Assembly: GCF_000006765.1 (NCBI RefSeq)
Contig: NC_002516.2
DNA: 64,000 nt
Strand: one strand, 5' to 3'
Source of the DNA: Pseudomonas aeruginosa PAO1
GTDB taxonomy: Bacteria; Pseudomonadota; Gammaproteobacteria; Pseudomonadales; Pseudomonadaceae
The notes below the pieces were generated by a model. It did no database searches. It was given only the letters and a program-made list of their open reading frames with translations, and was not told where the DNA came from. Positions 28,532-37,226 of this stretch are shown piece by piece (within the stretch, counting starts at the first letter, position 1; the number at the start of each line of letters is the position of its first letter). The position numbers were made by a program, and so were the translations under genes.

Positions 28532-30115
28532 TTGAGCGATCTTCTCTCCCGCCGCCTGGCTCTGCTCGGCGCCGCAGCCAACCTGCCCCTGCTGACCGAG
28601 TGCCTGCATGGCATCGAGCGCGAATGCCTGCGAGTCGATAGCGACGGCAAGCTGGCGCTCACCCCCCACCCCCGGGCCCTGGGTTCGACCCTGACCCATC
28701 CGCAGATCACTACCGACTACTCCGAGGCCTTGCTGGAGTTCATCACGCCCACGGAAACCGACGTCGCCGACACTCTGGGCGATCTCGAGCGCATCCACCG
28801 CTTCGCCAGTTCGAAACTGGACGGCGAATACCTGTGGAGCCCATCGATGCCCTGCGAGCTGCCGGACGAGGAGAGCATCCCGATCGCCCGCTACGGCAGC
28901 TCGATGATCGGCCGCCTGAAATACGTCTACCGCAAGGGCCTGGCGCTGCGCTACGGCAAGACCATGCAGTGCATCGCCGGCATCCACTACAACTTCTCCC
29001 TGCCGGAGAGGCTCTGGCCGCTGCTGCGCCAGGCCGAAGGCAGCGAGCTGTCGGAACGCGACTACCAGTCCGCCGCCTACATCGCCCTGATTCGCAATTT
29101 CCGCCGCTACAGCTGGCTGCTGATGTACCTGTTCGGCGCCTCGCCGGCCCTCGACGCCGGCTTCCTGCGTGGCCGCCCGAGCCAGTTGGAGCGCCTCGAC
29201 GAACACACGCTTTACCTGCCCTACGCCACCAGCCTGCGGATGAGCGACCTGGGCTACCAGAACAACGCCCAGGCCGGCCTGACGCCCTGCTACAACGACC
29301 TGCAGAGCTACATCGACAGCCTGCGCCAGGCGGTCAGCACGCCCTACCCGCCCTACGAGAAGGTCGGCACCAAGCAGGATGGCGAATGGGTGCAGCTGAA
29401 CACCAACATCCTGCAGATCGAGAACGAGTACTACTCGAGCATCCGGCCAAAGCGCGTCACCTACACCGGCGAGCGTCCGGTGCAGGCCCTGGCCGCTCGC
29501 GGCGTGCAGTACGTGGAAGTGCGCTGCCTGGACATCAACCCGTTCCTGCCGCTGGGCATCGACCTGGACGAGGCGCGCTTCCTCGACGCCTTCCTGCTGT
29601 TCTGCGCGTTCAGCGACAGCCCGCTGCTGAACGGCGAGTGCAGCGACGCCACCGACAACTTCCTCGCCGTGGTCAAGGAAGGCAGGCGGCCGGGCCTGCA
29701 ATTGCAACGTCGCGGCCAGCCGGTGGAATTGCAGGTCTGGGCGAACGAGCTGCTCGAACGAATCGCCGACACCGCGGCGCTGCTCGACCGCGCGCGCGGC
29801 GGCGAAGCCCACGCGGCGGCGCTGGCAGCGCAGCGGGCGAAGGTGGCCGATGCGGAACTGACGCCTTCGGCGCAGGTGCTGAAGGTCATGCGCGAGCGCG
29901 GCGAGAGCTTCGAAGCGTTCTCCCTGCGCCAGAGCCGCGAACACGCGGAGTATTTCCGCCAGCATCCGCTGGCCGCCGAAGAGCAGGCGCGCTTCGAGAA
30001 GATGGCCAGCGACTCCCTGGCCGAACAGACGGAGCTGGAACGCGACCAGGATGGCGACTTCGATACCTTCGTCGCCGCCTACCAGGCGAGCATCCTCGGC
30101 CTGATCAGCAACTGA
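28532..30115 (+). CDS. gshA: Glutamate-cysteine ligase, 527 aa
   Basis: [36 protein letters not shown]; TTG start after AAGGA. Confidence 0.95.
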   Translation: MSDLLSRRLALLGAAANLPLLTECLHGIERECLRVDSDGKLALTPHPRALGSTLTHPQITTDYSEALLEFITPTETDVADTLGDLERIHRFASSKLDGEYLWSPSMPCELPDEESIPIARYGSSMIGRLKYVYRKGLALRYGKTMQCIAGIHYNFSLPERLWPLLRQAEGSELSERDYQSAAYIALIRNFRRYSWLLMYLFGASPALDAGFLRGRPSQLERLDEHTLYLPYATSLRMSDLGYQNNAQAGLTPCYNDLQSYIDSLRQAVSTPYPPYEKVGTKQDGEWVQLNTNILQIENEYYSSIRPKRVTYTGERPVQALAARGVQYVEVRCLDINPFLPLGIDLDEARFLDAFLLFCAFSDSPLLNGECSDATDNFLAVVKEGRRPGLQLQRRGQPVELQVWANELLERIADTAALLDRARGGEAHAAALAAQRAKVADAELTPSAQVLKVMRERGESFEAFSLRQSREHAEYFRQHPLAAEEQARFEKMASDSLAEQTELERDQDGDFDTFVAAYQASILGLISN

Positions 30116-30120
30116 GCCAA

Positions 30121-30154
30121 GCCGGCGCGCCCCTGCGCCCAGGGACGCGCCGGC
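30121..30154. terminator. 15-bp hairpin between convergent gshA and argA
   Basis: GCCGGCGCGCCCCTG-cgcc-CAGGGACGCGCCGGC; no U tract. Confidence 0.55.
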
Positions 30155-30157
30155 GGA

Positions 30158-31456
30158 TCACAGGCTCTTCTCGAATACCTGCGAATTGCGCTGGAAGTTG
30201 TACAGCGAGGCCCGCGCCGCCGGTAGCCGTTCGACGCTGCTAGGCTGGAAGCCGCGCTCGCGGAACCAGTGCGCGGTCCGCGTGGTGAGCACGAACAGGG
30301 TCTTCAGGCCGAGTCCGCGCGCGCGCTCCTCGATCCGCTCCAGCAGTTCGTCGCCACGCCCGCCGTGGCGGTACTCCGGGTTGACCGCCAGACAGGCCAG
30401 CTCGCCCGCCTCGGAATCGGCGATCGGGTAGAGCGCGGCGCAGGCGATGATCAGCCCTTCGCGCTCGACGATGCTGAACTGTTCGATCTCGCGTTCCAGC
30501 ACCTCGCGGGAACGGCGTACCAGGATGCCCTGCTCTTCCAGCGGGCGGATCAGCTCGATCAGCCCGCCAACGTCCTCGATGCCCGCCTCGCGCAACTGCT
30601 CGAACTGCTCCTGGGCGACCAGGGTGCCGTTGCCGGTGCGGGTGAATAGCTCGCTGAGCAGCGCGCCGTCCTCGGTGTAGCTGACGATATGGCTGCGCTT
30701 GACCCCGGCCCGGCAGGCCTGCGCCGCGGCGTCCAGCAGCTCGGCCTGGTAGCTGTTGCCCAGCCGTTGCAGGTGCGCGGGCACCTGCTGCGGGCGCAGT
30801 TCGCGGACCAGTTTGCCGGATGCGTCCAGCAAGCCCTGTTCGGCGCCGTAGAGAATCAGCTTTTCCGCTTCCAGGTCGATGGCGGCGCGCATGGCCACGT
30901 CTTCACAGGCCAGGTTGAAGATTTCCCCGGTCGGCGAGTAGCCCAGCGGCGAGAGCAGAACGATGCTGCGCTCGTCGAGAAGGCGGCCAATACCCTTGCG
31001 GTCGATGCGACGGACCTCACCGGTATGGTGATAGTCGACACCCTCGACCACGCCGATCGGCCGCGCGGTGACCAGGTTGCCGCCAGCGACCCGCAGGCGC
31101 GCGCCCTGCATCGGCGAGGCGGCCATGTCCATCGACAGCCGCGCCTCGATGGCGATGCGCAGGCTACCCACGGCGTCGATGACGCACTCCAGGGTCGGTG
31201 CATCGGTCACTCGCAGGTCGCGGTGATAGCGCGGAGCCAGGCCGCGCGCGGCCAGGCGCGCCTCGATCTGCGGACGCGAACCGTGCACCAGCACCAGGCG
31301 CGCACCGAGGCTGTGGAGAAGGACTAGGTCGTGGACGATATTGCCGAAATTGGGATGCTCCACCCCTTCGCCGGGGAGCATGACCACGAAGGTGCGGTCC
31401 CGGTGCGAGTTGATGTAGGGCGAAGCGTGACGTAACCAGTTGACGTAGTCGGGCAT
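30158..31456 (-). CDS. argA: N-acetylglutamate synthase, 432 aa
   Basis: WLRHASPYINSHR, AAK domain, ELFTRTGNGT, C-terminal GNAT..RNSQVF. Confidence 0.96.
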   Translation of the reverse strand: MPDYVNWLRHASPYINSHRDRTFVVMLPGEGVEHPNFGNIVHDLVLLHSLGARLVLVHGSRPQIEARLAARGLAPRYHRDLRVTDAPTLECVIDAVGSLRIAIEARLSMDMAASPMQGARLRVAGGNLVTARPIGVVEGVDYHHTGEVRRIDRKGIGRLLDERSIVLLSPLGYSPTGEIFNLACEDVAMRAAIDLEAEKLILYGAEQGLLDASGKLVRELRPQQVPAHLQRLGNSYQAELLDAAAQACRAGVKRSHIVSYTEDGALLSELFTRTGNGTLVAQEQFEQLREAGIEDVGGLIELIRPLEEQGILVRRSREVLEREIEQFSIVEREGLIIACAALYPIADSEAGELACLAVNPEYRHGGRGDELLERIEERARGLGLKTLFVLTTRTAHWFRERGFQPSSVERLPAARASLYNFQRNSQVFEKSL

Positions 31457-31464
31457 GGTGGGGA

Positions 31465-31563
31465 AAGCCTGTCGTTTCGTGAGCGAGAGCAAAGCGTGAG
31501 CGGCCGGGACGGCCCGAAGGGCGCCGTTATCGTCGTCGCAGCAACATCGACAGGCTTCTCCTC
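31465..31563 (-). promoter_or_regulatory. argA leader: 10-bp complementary arms linking the leader-ORF spacer to the argA RBS region
   Basis: mRNA AAGCCTGTCG (31557-31548) is the exact reverse complement of CGACAGGCTT (31474-31465). Confidence 0.75.
31527..31547 (-). CDS. Putative argA leader peptide MLLRRR
   Basis: GAGGAG-N10-ATG TTG CTG CGA CGA CGA TAA; three tandem rare Arg codons, 91 nt upstream of the argA ATG. Confidence 0.75.
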   Translation of the reverse strand: MLLRRR

Positions 31564-31792
31564 ACTTTCTGGTTAACGAGACGGATGGATCACGCGCGAG
31601 TTTAAACCCTCGGCGGCCCCCCGGCCGCGGGATTCGACCATGGTACGGGGCCTGGGGCCGGAACGAACCGTTTTACCACTATTTTTGAAAAAAACTATCC
31701 GAAAACCCCGGTTAACTCGCACAGCGCTTTTTCGCTAGGCTGCCTCGTTCGCCGTGCCGTCCGGCGCGCAACCACGCGAACGAGGAAAATCC

Positions 31793-32494
31793 ATGAGCGA
31801 ATACTTCCATCACGTCCTGATCGGACTGCTCGCCGTGCTTCCGGTGGCCAACCCGCTGACCAGCGTCTCGCTACTGCTCGGCCTCGGCGGCAGCCTGCCG
31901 CCGGCGGAGCGCAACCGGCAGATATTCAAGGCCAGCCTCTACGTGGCGCTGATCATGCTGGTCAGCTTCTACGGCGGCAGCCTGGTGATGCAGGTGTTCG
32001 GCATCTCCATTCCCGGCCTGCGCATCGCCGGCGGGCTGATCGTCGCCTATATCGGTTTCACCATGCTGTTCCCCGCCACCACGCCGGACGAGACCGAAGT
32101 CCAGCACGACCTGCTGTCGGACGAGGAAAAGATCACCCCGCACTTCCGCGACCTGTCCTTCGTTCCGCTGGCCCTGCCGGGTACCGCGGGGCCGGGGACC
32201 ATCGCCCTGGTGGTCAGCTCGGCGTCGACGCTGCAATCCACCTACGGAAGCATTCCGCTGTTCATCCACCTCGCGGCGATCACCGTCACCCTGCTCACCG
32301 CGCTGATCTTCTGGATCGCCCTGCAAAGCTCCGGGCGCATCATGAAGTTCCTCGGCGAATCCGGGATCGACGCCATCTCGCGAGTGGTCGGCTTCCTGCT
32401 GGTGGCGATGGGCGTGCAGTTCGTCATCAACGGCGGCTTCGAGCTGGTCGCCGGCCACGCCGCGCTTCAGTCGGCGGCGGGCGTCAGGCAGTAA
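31793..32494 (+). CDS. MarC-family membrane protein, 233 aa
   Basis: VANPL, FGISIPGLRIAGG, PLALPGTAGPGTI, GFLLVAMGVQF. Confidence 0.9.
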   Translation: MSEYFHHVLIGLLAVLPVANPLTSVSLLLGLGGSLPPAERNRQIFKASLYVALIMLVSFYGGSLVMQVFGISIPGLRIAGGLIVAYIGFTMLFPATTPDETEVQHDLLSDEEKITPHFRDLSFVPLALPGTAGPGTIALVVSSASTLQSTYGSIPLFIHLAAITVTLLTALIFWIALQSSGRIMKFLGESGIDAISRVVGFLLVAMGVQFVINGGFELVAGHAALQSAAGVRQ

Positions 32495-33621
32495 TGCTGG
32501 ATCAGCCGGCGCAGCACGCCGACCATCGGTTCGATACGCGCCAGTTCGAGGTGCTCGTCGGGCTGGTGGGCACAGGCGATGTCGCCGGCACCGAGGACCA
32601 GGGTCTCGCTGCCCAGGCGCTGGAAGTACGGCGCCTCGGTACCGAACGCCACGGCCTCCGCGCGATGCCCGGTCAGGCGTTCGGCGACGCGTACCAGTTC
32701 GCTGTCCTGCGCCTGTTCGAACGGCGGCACGGCAGGGAACAGCGGCTGGTAGTCGATGCTCACCTGGTGCCGTTCGGCCAGCGGCCGCAGGCGCTGGCGG
32801 ATCGCCTCGCGCAACTGCTTAGGCTGCATGCCGGGTAGCGGGCGCAGGTCGAATTCCAGCGAACACTGGCCGCAGATGCGGTTGGGATTGTCGCCACCGT
32901 GGATGCAACCGAAGTTCAGGGTCGGCTGGGGCACGCTGAACTGCGGGTTGTTCCAGGCCCGCTGCCATTCCCCGCGCAGCGCCATCAGCTCGCCGATGGT
33001 CGCGTGCATGGCCTCCAGGGCGCTACGGCCGAGGTTCGGATCGGACGAATGGCCGCTCTGCCCGAGAATCTCGATGCGCTCCATCATCACCCCCTTGTGC
33101 AGGCGGATCGGCCGCAGGTTGGTCGGCTCGCCGATCACCGTGGCGCGACCCAGCGGTCGCCCGCTTTCGGCGAGGGCACGGGCGCCGGCCATCGAGCTTT
33201 CCTCGTCGCAGGTGGCGAGGATCATCAGCGGCTGGCGGAACGGCTGGTCGAGCAGCGGCAGCAAGGCCTCGATGGCCAGCGGGAAGAAGCCCTTCATGTC
33301 GCAACTGCCGAGGCCGTACCAGCGGCCGTCGCGCTCGTCCAGGCGCAGCGGATCGCTGCTCCACAGCGCTTCGTCGTAGGGCACGGTATCGGTGTGGCCG
33401 GCCAGCACCAGCCCGCCGGGACCGCTGCCGTAGCTGGCCAGCAGGTTGAACTTGCCCGGCGAGACTTCCCGGATCTCGCAGCGGAAGCCTAGATCGCCCA
33501 GCCAGGAGGCCAGCAGGTCGACCACCGGGCGGTTGGTCTGGTCCAGCTCGGGCTGGGTGCAACTGACGGAAGACGCGGCGATCAGCGCGCCGAACTGGTC
33601 TTTCAGAGACGGCAACGGCAT
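32467..33621 (-). CDS. argE: Acetylornithine deacetylase, 384 aa
   Basis: M20 motifs GHTDTVP, GSCDMKG, DEE, GEPT, AHQPDE. Confidence 0.94.
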   Translation of the reverse strand: MPLPSLKDQFGALIAASSVSCTQPELDQTNRPVVDLLASWLGDLGFRCEIREVSPGKFNLLASYGSGPGGLVLAGHTDTVPYDEALWSSDPLRLDERDGRWYGLGSCDMKGFFPLAIEALLPLLDQPFRQPLMILATCDEESSMAGARALAESGRPLGRATVIGEPTNLRPIRLHKGVMMERIEILGQSGHSSDPNLGRSALEAMHATIGELMALRGEWQRAWNNPQFSVPQPTLNFGCIHGGDNPNRICGQCSLEFDLRPLPGMQPKQLREAIRQRLRPLAERHQVSIDYQPLFPAVPPFEQAQDSELVRVAERLTGHRAEAVAFGTEAPYFQRLGSETLVLGAGDIACAHQPDEHLELARIEPMVGVLRRLIQHYCLTPAAD

Positions 33622-33720
33622 GGGACTCTCCACACGGATCGAGCCCCATCATGGCCTATCGCGGCAGTGGATAAAACCGTCCGTTCCGGTTCCGCCTGCG
33701 CCAGCCGACGAAGATCGCGC

Positions 33721-34989
33721 TCAGGCGCCGAACAGCGCGCGCAGGACCAGGAAGAACAGGATCGCCAGCACCGCGCCGGCCGGTAGGGTCACTACCCAGG
33801 ACAGGAAGATCGAGCCGATCACCCGCAGGTTGAGCGCGCCGATGCCGCGCGCCATGCCGATGCCGAGCACCGCGCCGACCAGGGTATGGGTGGTGGATAC
33901 CGGCAGGCCGATGGCCGAGGCGCCAACCACCGTGGAGGCGGTCGCCAGCTCGGCGGCGAAGCCGCGGCTGGGGGTCAGCTCGGTGATCTCCCGGCCGATG
34001 GTGGCGATCACCCGGTAGCCATAGGTAGCCAGGCCGATGACGATGCCCACCGCGCCCAGCAGCAGTACCCAGGACGGCACCGGCGAACGGCTCACCAGAT
34101 CCAGGTCGCCGCCGGCCTGGACCACCGCGACGACCGCCGCCACCGGGCCGATGGCGTTGGCCACGTCGTTGGCACCATGGGCGAAAGCCATGGAGCAGGC
34201 GGTGAAGATCATCAGCACCGCGAAGACCCGCTCGACGCTGGCGAAACCGCCACGCGGATCGGCTCCGCCAGTGGGTCGGATGCGCAACAGCAGGACGATG
34301 CCCAGGCCCATCACCAGGCCGCCGGCGAGCAACGCCAGGCCCAGCGTCTGGAGGCCGGAAAGCTCCAGGCCGACATGCTTCAGGCCCTTGCCGACGGTCA
34401 TCAGCGCGACCATGAAGCCCGCCAGGAACATGTACAGCGGCACGTAGCGGCGCGCGCTGCGGAACGGGTCCTCGGCATGCAGTACCAGCCACTGCACGCT
34501 CCTGAACAGGGCGAAGGCGAGCAGCCCGGACAGCACCGGCGTCACCACCCAACTGGCGACGATCGGGCCGATCGCGCCCCAGTGCACCGCGTGCACCGAG
34601 ACACCGACCGAGGCGAAGCCGATGATCGCGCCGACGATGGAGTGGGTGGTCGACACCGGCCAGCCCTTGATCGTCGCCAGCAACAGCCAGACCCCGGCGG
34701 CCAGCAAGGCCGAGAGCATGCCGAAGACCAGCAGGTCGGGGGTCATGTACTGCGGGTCGACGATGCCGCTCCTGATCGTTTCGGTGACTTCGCCACCAGC
34801 GAAATAGGCACCGCAGAACTCGAAGACCATGGCCACCAGGATCGCCTGGCGGATGGTCAGAGCGCGCGACCCCACCGAAGTGCCCATGGCGTTGGCGACG
34901 TCGTTGGCGCCGACGCCCCAGGCCATGAAGAAACCGAACAGGCAGGCGAGTACGAGGAAGGCGAAGCCGTGGTCGGCGATCAGGGACAT
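33721..34989 (-). CDS. PiT-family inorganic phosphate transporter, 422 aa
   Basis: GANDVANAMGTSVGS and AHGANDVANA repeats; PVSTTH twice. Confidence 0.93.
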   Translation of the reverse strand: MSLIADHGFAFLVLACLFGFFMAWGVGANDVANAMGTSVGSRALTIRQAILVAMVFEFCGAYFAGGEVTETIRSGIVDPQYMTPDLLVFGMLSALLAAGVWLLLATIKGWPVSTTHSIVGAIIGFASVGVSVHAVHWGAIGPIVASWVVTPVLSGLLAFALFRSVQWLVLHAEDPFRSARRYVPLYMFLAGFMVALMTVGKGLKHVGLELSGLQTLGLALLAGGLVMGLGIVLLLRIRPTGGADPRGGFASVERVFAVLMIFTACSMAFAHGANDVANAIGPVAAVVAVVQAGGDLDLVSRSPVPSWVLLLGAVGIVIGLATYGYRVIATIGREITELTPSRGFAAELATASTVVGASAIGLPVSTTHTLVGAVLGIGMARGIGALNLRVIGSIFLSWVVTLPAGAVLAILFFLVLRALFGA

Positions 34990-35033
34990 GGGCGGTATCC
35001 GTGTGCAGGCAGGGTCGGAAAGAAGACTGGCGC

Positions 35034-35711
35034 TCACCGCGCCAGCAATTGCTCCAGGCGGTTGCCGACCCGCTGGGCGCGGTCGGCGACATCGCCGATC
35101 CATTCGATGATCTGGTAGAGGAACATCACGTCCACCGGCGGCAGCTCGCTTTCCAGACGGAACAGCTCGCGGCGTACCTCGACCTGGATGCGGTCGGTAT
35201 CGTTCTCGATCGCCTCGAGTTCCTCCACCATGCTCTCCACCAGGCTGGTCTCGCGCCCGCCGAAGCCGGTCTCGAGCAGTTCGTTGAGTTCGTTGACCAC
35301 CCGCAACGCCTGGGCGCTGGCGTCCACCGAGCGCTGCACATAGGCGAGCATCTGGCCTTGTAGCGGCAACGGGATGCGCATGCGCCGGCCCAGCATCAGC
35401 CCGGCGATGTCCTTGGCGCGATTGGCGACTTTGTCCTGTACACTGAGCAGCTCCAACAGATCGGAGCGCGGCACCGGAAGGAACAGGCTCTTGGGCAGGT
35501 GCATCCGGACGTGCTTCTTCAGCCGATCGGCTTCCTGCTCCAGTCGCACCATGTCCTGCTGAACCTGTTCGACCTGCGCCCAGTCCTCGGCGATCACCGC
35601 GCGGAAGAACGGCAACAGGCCGGCCGCGCATTCGTGGGCCTTGGCGATGTGCTGCTGCATCGGCCCGATCGGCGAACGGCCGAACAGGCTGATGAACGGA
35701 TTGGTCGGCAT
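35034..35711 (-). CDS. DUF47/TIGR00153 PhoU-like Pit accessory protein, 225 aa
   Basis: LEQEAD..K, LPKSLFLPVPRSD, QDKVAN, IGDVADRAQRVG; upstream of pit. Confidence 0.88.
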   Translation of the reverse strand: MPTNPFISLFGRSPIGPMQQHIAKAHECAAGLLPFFRAVIAEDWAQVEQVQQDMVRLEQEADRLKKHVRMHLPKSLFLPVPRSDLLELLSVQDKVANRAKDIAGLMLGRRMRIPLPLQGQMLAYVQRSVDASAQALRVVNELNELLETGFGGRETSLVESMVEELEAIENDTDRIQVEVRRELFRLESELPPVDVMFLYQIIEWIGDVADRAQRVGNRLEQLLAR

Positions 35712-35824
35712 GGAACGCCTCCCTGGTGGAAATGCCGAAAAGTATAGGCCACCCACCCCGCGCGCCTTTGATCTGGAACACCTTCACCCGCGGACGCCTG
35801 GCGTCCCGAGCCGGACATCGCCCC

Positions 35825-37189
35825 ATGCAGAAAGAAACCGAAATCAAACTCCGCGTCAGCCGCGCCACCCTGGAAGCCTTGCAGGAGCACCCGTTGCTGA
35901 AGAAGCGCAACAAATCGGGCTGGGAGCGCCGCGAACTGTACAACCAGTACTACGACACCCCCGGCCGCGAGCTGGCCCGGGCCAAGGTCGCGCTGCGCAT
36001 GCGCCGCGACGGCGAGCAGTACATCCAGACGCTGAAGAGCCGCGGGCAGAGCGTGGCCGGGCTGTCCGAACGCAACGAGTGGGACTGGTACCTGGAAAAG
36101 AACAAGCTCGACCTGAAGAAACTCGACGACAAGTGCTGGCCGGCGGCCCTCAAGGATCTCGACAAGAAGCAGCTCAAGCCGATCTTCAGCACCGACTTCG
36201 TCCGCCAGCGCGCCGAGATCGCCTGGGGCCGCGGCAAGGCCAGGGTAGTCGTGGAGGCGGCGCTCGACCTGGGCAAGGTGGTCGCCGGCGACAACCAGGA
36301 GGAAATCTGCGAACTGGAGCTGGAACTGCGCCAGGGCGATGCCGCCGCGCTGCTGGAGCTGGCCGCGGAACTGGCCGCCGACCTGCCGCTGATGCCCTGC
36401 GACATCAGCAAGGCCGAGCGCGGCTACCGCCTGTTCGACCCGAACAGCTACGAGGTCGATCCCCCGGCCCAGAAACTGCTGGCGGAAACCCCGCTGGACG
36501 GTGCCTTCGCCGCCATCGCCTGGTACCTGCTCGGCAGCAGCCAGCGACTGGCCGAACAGTATCGCTTCAACGGCCACTGGCGCCTGCTGGAGGACTGGCT
36601 GCAACACCTGCAGAACCTGCGCACCCTGCTCGGCAGCCTCGGCCAGGCGGTGCCACGCGCCAGCAGTCGCGAGCTGCGCGAAGCGCTGGACGCTCTCCTT
36701 GCCGACTGGGCGCCGCGCATCGAGCGCGGCCGTGACGACGAGACGCTACGCCAGCAGGCGCCGCAACTGTTCCGCGGCGAACTCGACGAGACCCGCTGGG
36801 GCCTGTTCTCCCTGAATGCCTCGCGCTGGCTGCTGGCCAAGGCCTGGACCGAGTCGCGCAACGAGCGCGGCAACCGCCAGGGCTCTGCCGCGCTGGGCAA
36901 GTGGCTGCTGCGTAGCCTTGCCGAAGAAGCCCAGGCCACGCCGCTGGCGCGCGCCCACCAGCATCCCGAGCTGCTCCCCGACCAAGCGCCGCGCCTGCAG
37001 CGCATGCTTACCTGGTTGCGCCTGGCGCGCGGCGTGCTCGACCTGCCGGAAGCCGACCGCCTCTACGGCGAACTGGCCAAGTTGCTGGAGCTGCTGCGGC
37101 AACCTGTCGATGCCGAGCGCCTGGCTGCCCGCGCCGCGCAGGCCCATACTGTGCTGACGCTCAAACCCTGGAAGGCGCTGATGAAATAA
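35825..37189 (+). CDS. CYTH + CHAD-like inorganic triphosphatase (YgiF-like), 454 aa
   Basis: ETEIKL, YYDTP, LRMRR, EICELELEL, SKAERGY. Confidence 0.88.
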   Translation: MQKETEIKLRVSRATLEALQEHPLLKKRNKSGWERRELYNQYYDTPGRELARAKVALRMRRDGEQYIQTLKSRGQSVAGLSERNEWDWYLEKNKLDLKKLDDKCWPAALKDLDKKQLKPIFSTDFVRQRAEIAWGRGKARVVVEAALDLGKVVAGDNQEEICELELELRQGDAAALLELAAELAADLPLMPCDISKAERGYRLFDPNSYEVDPPAQKLLAETPLDGAFAAIAWYLLGSSQRLAEQYRFNGHWRLLEDWLQHLQNLRTLLGSLGQAVPRASSRELREALDALLADWAPRIERGRDDETLRQQAPQLFRGELDETRWGLFSLNASRWLLAKAWTESRNERGNRQGSAALGKWLLRSLAEEAQATPLARAHQHPELLPDQAPRLQRMLTWLRLARGVLDLPEADRLYGELAKLLELLRQPVDAERLAARAAQAHTVLTLKPWKALMK

Positions 37190-37226
37190 GCTTCGCCGCT
37201 ACCGCCATCATCCGAAGGGAGTCTGC

